Below, one piece after another: positions 59,885 to 64,000 of a stretch of 64,000 nt of DNA (position 1 is its first letter; each line of letters starts with the position of its first letter). The position numbers and the translations under genes were made by a program. The stretch is taken from contig OY760907.1 of assembly GCA_963664195.1 (NCBI GenBank), positions 1,152,001 to 1,216,000 on the forward strand, in the 5' to 3' direction. This DNA is from an uncultured candidate division Zixibacteria bacterium. GTDB taxonomy: Bacteria > Zixibacteria > MSB-5A5 > GN15 > FEB-12. The notes under the pieces were generated by a model. That model saw only the letters and a list, made by a program, of their open reading frames with translations, did not search any database and had not been told where the DNA came from.

Positions 59885-60993
59885 TTAGCCAGTACTCAGT
59901 TTCATACCGAACAGCGGTCTAATCCATTTTGTTCTTCTAAGAATCGTCTCGTAAACCAACAGGCTGACACCGAAGGTACCAATCAGCAGAATGCCGAGCT
60001 TCAAAGTCGCCGAAAACGAGAGAGGCATCACATAGTACGAAATAGCATACTGTATCGGGAAATGAATAATATAGACGGGATACACTGCCCTACTGAAGTA
60101 GCTCAGCAGGTTCGACGGCCGATTGAGATGTGCCGAGGCAAACCCGATTGCGGCCATCATCCAGCACCAGGACTCAAACGCTACCATAGGTTTAGGTACC
60201 AAGGCGATCTCAAAAACTATCAATCTCACCGCGAAGAACCCGATGCCACTACCGCACTGCACCAACGCAACCTGTGGACAGCCTTCCAGAAATTATACCC
60301 TAGCGATGCAAACAGAATACCGGCAGCAAAACATGTCGCCCCCGCGAAATGCCCGTGCGGCGTAGGAAAATTGGCAAAGTACTGCGGGTTCATCAGCCAC
60401 GCTTCAAGCATCAGGGGAATAGCCCCGACATAAATCATCCAGGGGCGGCGGATTAGCCCTGAGATGAATCGCAGGACCACATTGTCAGGGTACGTCTTGA
60501 GTGTCCACGGAATTCCGATAGTGTATGCGATATAGCACAGAATGTTCATGAGAAACCAGAGGTGCCCGGCATTTGGATGGTAACCGATGTCCAGACTGTA
60601 GTAACTCGAAAGAACGTAATCCGTGATCGGACAGATGAAGAAAAAACCAAACACAAACGGGACGGCAATCCGCAGCCCCCGATCGGCGAGAAACTGCTTC
60701 CAGTCCCGCCGTTCCATTGCATACCGAGCACCCATACCGGATATCATGAAAAGAAGTGGAATCCGCCACACGTTGAGCATGGCCATTGGAATCCAGAGTC
60801 ACTGCAAAGGTTTGTCGTTCTGGATGAAGCTGACAGTTGTCGCCCAGGGCTGGAAGCTGATTACAACATGATAGACGATGAGAAGACCGAGGGCGAGTGT
60901 CCTGAGCCGGTCGACATCGTATCGACGCCCGGGGACCACACTGATAGCATTATTGATCTGCGACTGCTTGTCTGTGAAGCGGAAAAGAGCCAT
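59885..60993 (-). pseudogene. Acyltransferase-3 (OpgC/MdoC-like) gene disrupted by an in-frame TGA (60801-60799) and a frameshift (~60245)
   Basis: RRYDVDRLR...YH...KPLQ*LWIPMAMLNVWRIPLLF..SG...GHLWFL, continuing in another frame to 'YPVYIIH'. Confidence 0.8.
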
Positions 60994-61065
60994 TCGTCAA
61001 AGAGTGTCGACTTTCTCCTGATTGCAAGCTAAAGTCGCGACGTCACGCGAGGACAAACTCTCTCG

Positions 61066-62346
61066 TTAGAACATCACGCTTACGCCCCTCGCCTGTAAAG
61101 CAGGAATATGCGCGTCAATTGATTCCTGGGACAGCGGATTATTCTGCAGCAGCAAGACATCCCCCGCACCCAGCCCCGAATTGCTGACCAACGGCTCAAT
61201 ATCGGTCACTTGATTGTAGCGAACATCAAGTTCGGCAAGATTAACCATAACCGTTAGGCTACTCAAATCGGCGATTTGGTTTAGAGTCAGATAAACCTTC
61301 TCCAACCCGGTCAAGCCGCCCAGAGGAGTGATATCAGACAATTGATTGGACGAAAGGTTGACAACTCTCAAGTGCGTGAAATTCGTGACAAAACTGATGT
61401 CGCCAAGTTGATTGCCGTTAACGTCCAATTCTCTCAGAAGCGGCAGGTTGTATAAGGGCGAAAAATCGATCACGTCACAATCGTTCAGCCTGATCCAATC
61501 CAGTTTGGTCAGCCCCGCCAAAGGCGCAACGTCACTCAACGGACTCTGTCCGACTGCAATCTGGACAAGATTGGTCAAACCGCTCAGCGGCGTCAGGTCG
61601 GTAATCGGATTCCCTCCTAGTCCCAACCCCCAAAGCGATACCAGTCCCTGAAGTGGAGTGAGGTCGCTGATATCATTCATTCCCAGATGGATAACCCCCA
61701 TGGCGGTGAAGTACTCCAGCCCGGTCAGGTCTGAAATACCAGCATCCTCGGCCCACAGTTCCGTGACCGTATCAACATCGGAAGTGTAGATGACGCCCGA
61801 GAGGAGACCGAGATGCTCGCGCACAATACTATCCAAAGCGACGTCTGGAATGGATACAATCTGATTGGCGGGACAGTTGGCACGCACACAGTTGGAGAGG
61901 CCGGACCAGTTACCGACTTCATCACGTGACTTCACCGCAAAGAAGTATGAGGTCCCCGGAGTCAGACCCTCCAGAAGACAAACCTGCTGCAACCCGGCCG
62001 GGACCGGCACGACGACGCTGTCAATTCGCACACCCTGTGAGAAGTTTGCCTCGGTAATGCTGTCAAGTGACCCGCGCAGATCATACTCATACGCAACACC
62101 GTCGCTGCCGTCGTCTCCGGGAGCCGTCCACCCAAGGGTAGCGGTAGTGGTACTCACGCTGATCAAATGGACATCGGCGATGGTCGCCGGTGGCGTTGAG
62201 TCATCCTCATCCCCCGCAACATCACTGTCGGTGCCTTTGCTGCAACCAAGCGAAAGAACGGCCGCGGTAACAACCATCAGGAACAGCACCAGAAGCGAGC
62301 GGGGAAACATCCCCGTGCAACAGACCAAAAAGCCTGACTTCGACAT
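61066..62346 (-). CDS. Lipoprotein with FN3 domain and internalin-type leucine-rich repeats
   Basis: Lipobox SLGC; 'WTAPGDDG..G.A..YDLR' FN3; 22-aa LRRs (N.I.DL.PL.GL..L). Confidence 0.85.
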   Translation of the reverse strand: MSKSGFLVCCTGMFPRSLLVLFLMVVTAAVLSLGCSKGTDSDVAGDEDDSTPPATIADVHLISVSTTTATLGWTAPGDDGSDGVAYEYDLRGSLDSITEANFSQGVRIDSVVVPVPAGLQQVCLLEGLTPGTSYFFAVKSRDEVGNWSGLSNCVRANCPANQIVSIPDVALDSIVREHLGLLSGVIYTSDVDTVTELWAEDAGISDLTGLEYFTAMGVIHLGMNDISDLTPLQGLVSLWGLGLGGNPITDLTPLSGLTNLVQIAVGQSPLSDVAPLAGLTKLDWIRLNDCDVIDFSPLYNLPLLRELDVNGNQLGDISFVTNFTHLRVVNLSSNQLSDITPLGGLTGLEKVYLTLNQIADLSSLTVMVNLAELDVRYNQVTDIEPLVSNSGLGAGDVLLLQNNPLSQESIDAHIPALQARGVSVMF

Positions 62347-62573
62347 AAAAAGACATCCCGGTCATTGTGATTTGTTATTGAGTGTGTTTCGGGGCAAATA
62401 TAGACCTTTCAGTCTCGTCGGTCAACAACGAATTGGAAGATCAAAGCGAGCGGACCACACACAAGTTACCGACCGGAGAATCAAGGTAGGCCGGTTGGTG
62501 TCGGGTTCAATTACGCCAACCGGCCGGGAAACGAATCTTTCAGAAGAATCGAGGTGGTCGGAGCCGAAGCGGT

Positions 62574-62789
62574 TCAGTACCCCAATCCCTCTTCGAAAGC
62601 ATCCGAATCGAGATCGTCATCAAAGTCGTACTCATTGACTTTGTACTTTGGAACCGGTCCGCCAACTTCGAACTCGTGATCGCAGTCAGCGCATACATAC
62701 AGCTCGATTCCATCATCAAATGAGTCCTGAAGAAGCACATCGCTGCTGTTACAGCGCGGGCACTTTCTTGACTTCTTCGCACGTCCCAT
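62574..62789 (-). CDS. Small zinc-ribbon protein with acidic tail
   Basis: CPRC...CADC; GAGG SD. Confidence 0.6.
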   Translation of the reverse strand: MGRAKKSRKCPRCNSSDVLLQDSFDDGIELYVCADCDHEFEVGGPVPKYKVNEYDFDDDLDSDAFEEGLGY

Positions 62790-62862
62790 GGTCACACCTC
62801 TCTGAAACTGTTAGTTTTCTCACGTCATTTCTATGGCGCGCTTTAAGTTCATATGTCTTTCG

Positions 62863-64000
62863 TTACTGCTTCTCTCTTGTGTCAGGCACCGAACACAGCT
62901 CCACACAAACAGGCAGTGGCTTGATGAAGTCCTGGCGTAGACTGTACGTATATGCTCCCTGATCCGGTACCAACAAAATGTCCCCCTCTTCGACTCCGTC
63001 GCCAAAAAACCCATATCCCCACAGATCATGAGGAGTGCACAGAGAGCCGGCCATCAGGCATTCGTGTTCCTGAAGGCTCGGTCGGGTCAGGTTAATTACC
63101 GGGAAATAATCTGCCTCAAACCGTTCCCAGCCAACAGCATTCGTGCCACCGTCGGTGATAACGATATCCGGCGACTTGACATCGGCCACGGTCAGGAGAA
63201 TGTGCATAGCATGGTGGCACAACCAGCGACCCGGCTCGAGACAGATAGTACAATTTACGTCATCCGGCAGGTGCCTTTTCAAGGCCTCTGAGATTTGGCT
63301 CGCGAACTCGTCGATAGAGCAAGCTTCATTCCTGTAGTGTTTGAGACCACCAGGCGCGGCATCTGTCTCTGCTGGTTGAATTGCGCCCTTGGGCATAGCT
63401 TCTGGCTGGAGCCATTCGCCCGATTCCGGCCAGAACCCGCCGCCGATGTCGAGAAACTTGATGCTCTTCCTATCTACGCTGTCCAATTCCCCAAGCGCGG
63501 CACCCAGGCGCGTTATGAACTTGACCTGTGCTTCAGGATTAAGATTCCAGCTGAGATGAGATTGCAGACCACACAGGTCGACGTGCTCACACCGGCGCGC
63601 GTCATGGAGGAACGAAGGAAGCTCCGCAAGCGGTATGCCGAATTTCCGCCAGATACCCGTGTCATCCGCTGAGAGCCGGACTCCGGCCCGGACAGTGACC
63701 CGGGCACGTGTCGCCGCTTCCTCCAGTTTCTTCAACTCGCTGAAACTGTCCAGGAGAACGGTTACTCGCTCGGCATGTTCCACCGCAAGCGCCAACTCGT
63801 CCGGCCTTTTTCCCGGACCACTAAAAACAATGTCGCCGGCACCACACTTAAGAGCAGTGTTCAATTCAAGGCCGCTGGAAACGTCCAGTCCTAATCCTTC
63901 TTCTACCAACGTGGCTGCAAGAAGCGGATGACTGTTGCTCTTGAGGGCGTAGTAGACTCGGGAATCGGACAGGACAGCCGAAAAAGCGCTCCGGAATTGT
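62863..64000 (-). CDS. PLP-dependent group IV (diaminopimelate/ornithine decarboxylase-like) enzyme, 5' end outside the window
   Basis: The frame is open to the window edge. Motifs YYALKSN (PLP Lys), DVSS..E, SGPGK, KFG, DIGGG, EPGR, GSLC..D and QGAY. Confidence 0.85.
   Translation of the reverse strand, partial: QFRSAFSAVLSDSRVYYALKSNSHPLLAATLVEEGLGLDVSSGLELNTALKCGAGDIVFSGPGKRPDELALAVEHAERVTVLLDSFSELKKLEEAATRARVTVRAGVRLSADDTGIWRKFGIPLAELPSFLHDARRCEHVDLCGLQSHLSWNLNPEAQVKFITRLGAALGELDSVDRKSIKFLDIGGGFWPESGEWLQPEAMPKGAIQPAETDAAPGGLKHYRNEACSIDEFASQISEALKRHLPDDVNCTICLEPGRWLCHHAMHILLTVADVKSPDIVITDGGTNAVGWERFEADYFPVINLTRPSLQEHECLMAGSLCTPHDLWGYGFFGDGVEEGDILLVPDQGAYTYSLRQDFIKPLPVCVELCSVPDTREKQ

Noticed and set aside
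60799..60801. In-frame TGA in the acyltransferase gene as a third selenocysteine
   Set aside because: Not in a recognisable Cys motif, lacks the SECIS geometry of the other two, and the gene also has a frameshift.

Overview
A 64 kb, gene-dense, GC-rich bacterial chromosomal segment. The C-terminal dockerin-like 'MGD(L/I)T..DHLFISL' domains suggest candidate phylum Zixibacteria (inference). No rRNA, tRNA, CRISPR array, transposase or integrase was recognised. Contents in order: a HEAT-repeat/HD-GYP pair; an exosortase-EpsI-UbiA locus; rtcB with archease; two ACP-based acylation clusters (ACP-FkbH-deacetylase-like-GNAT, and DUF4910-ACP-AMP ligase-SDR-AAC(3)-like); msrB; a cNMP-domain/aspartase fusion; a CHASE8-type MCP divergent from yfiR, then cheY/cheX; rubrerythrin with a rubredoxin-glutamate-synthase-like fusion; typA; an accessory pair of a 59-aa peptide and a papain-like protein; a Fur-box-preceded porin and dockerin protein; and a metal/redox block. 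That block holds two TonB-dependent receptors, a CxxC/RSPP putative arrest-peptide leader whose last codons can pair with the receptor's SD, and two probable selenoproteins (peroxiredoxin and a two-domain C-GCAxxG-C-C protein). Both selenoprotein genes have an in-frame UGA followed 11 nt later by similar SECIS-like hairpins, and the ORF track splits or truncates them. Also present are an acyltransferase pseudogene, a candidate ECF-dependent anti-SD sRNA and several apparently leaderless genes. All family calls come from motif recognition by eye; no database search was run.
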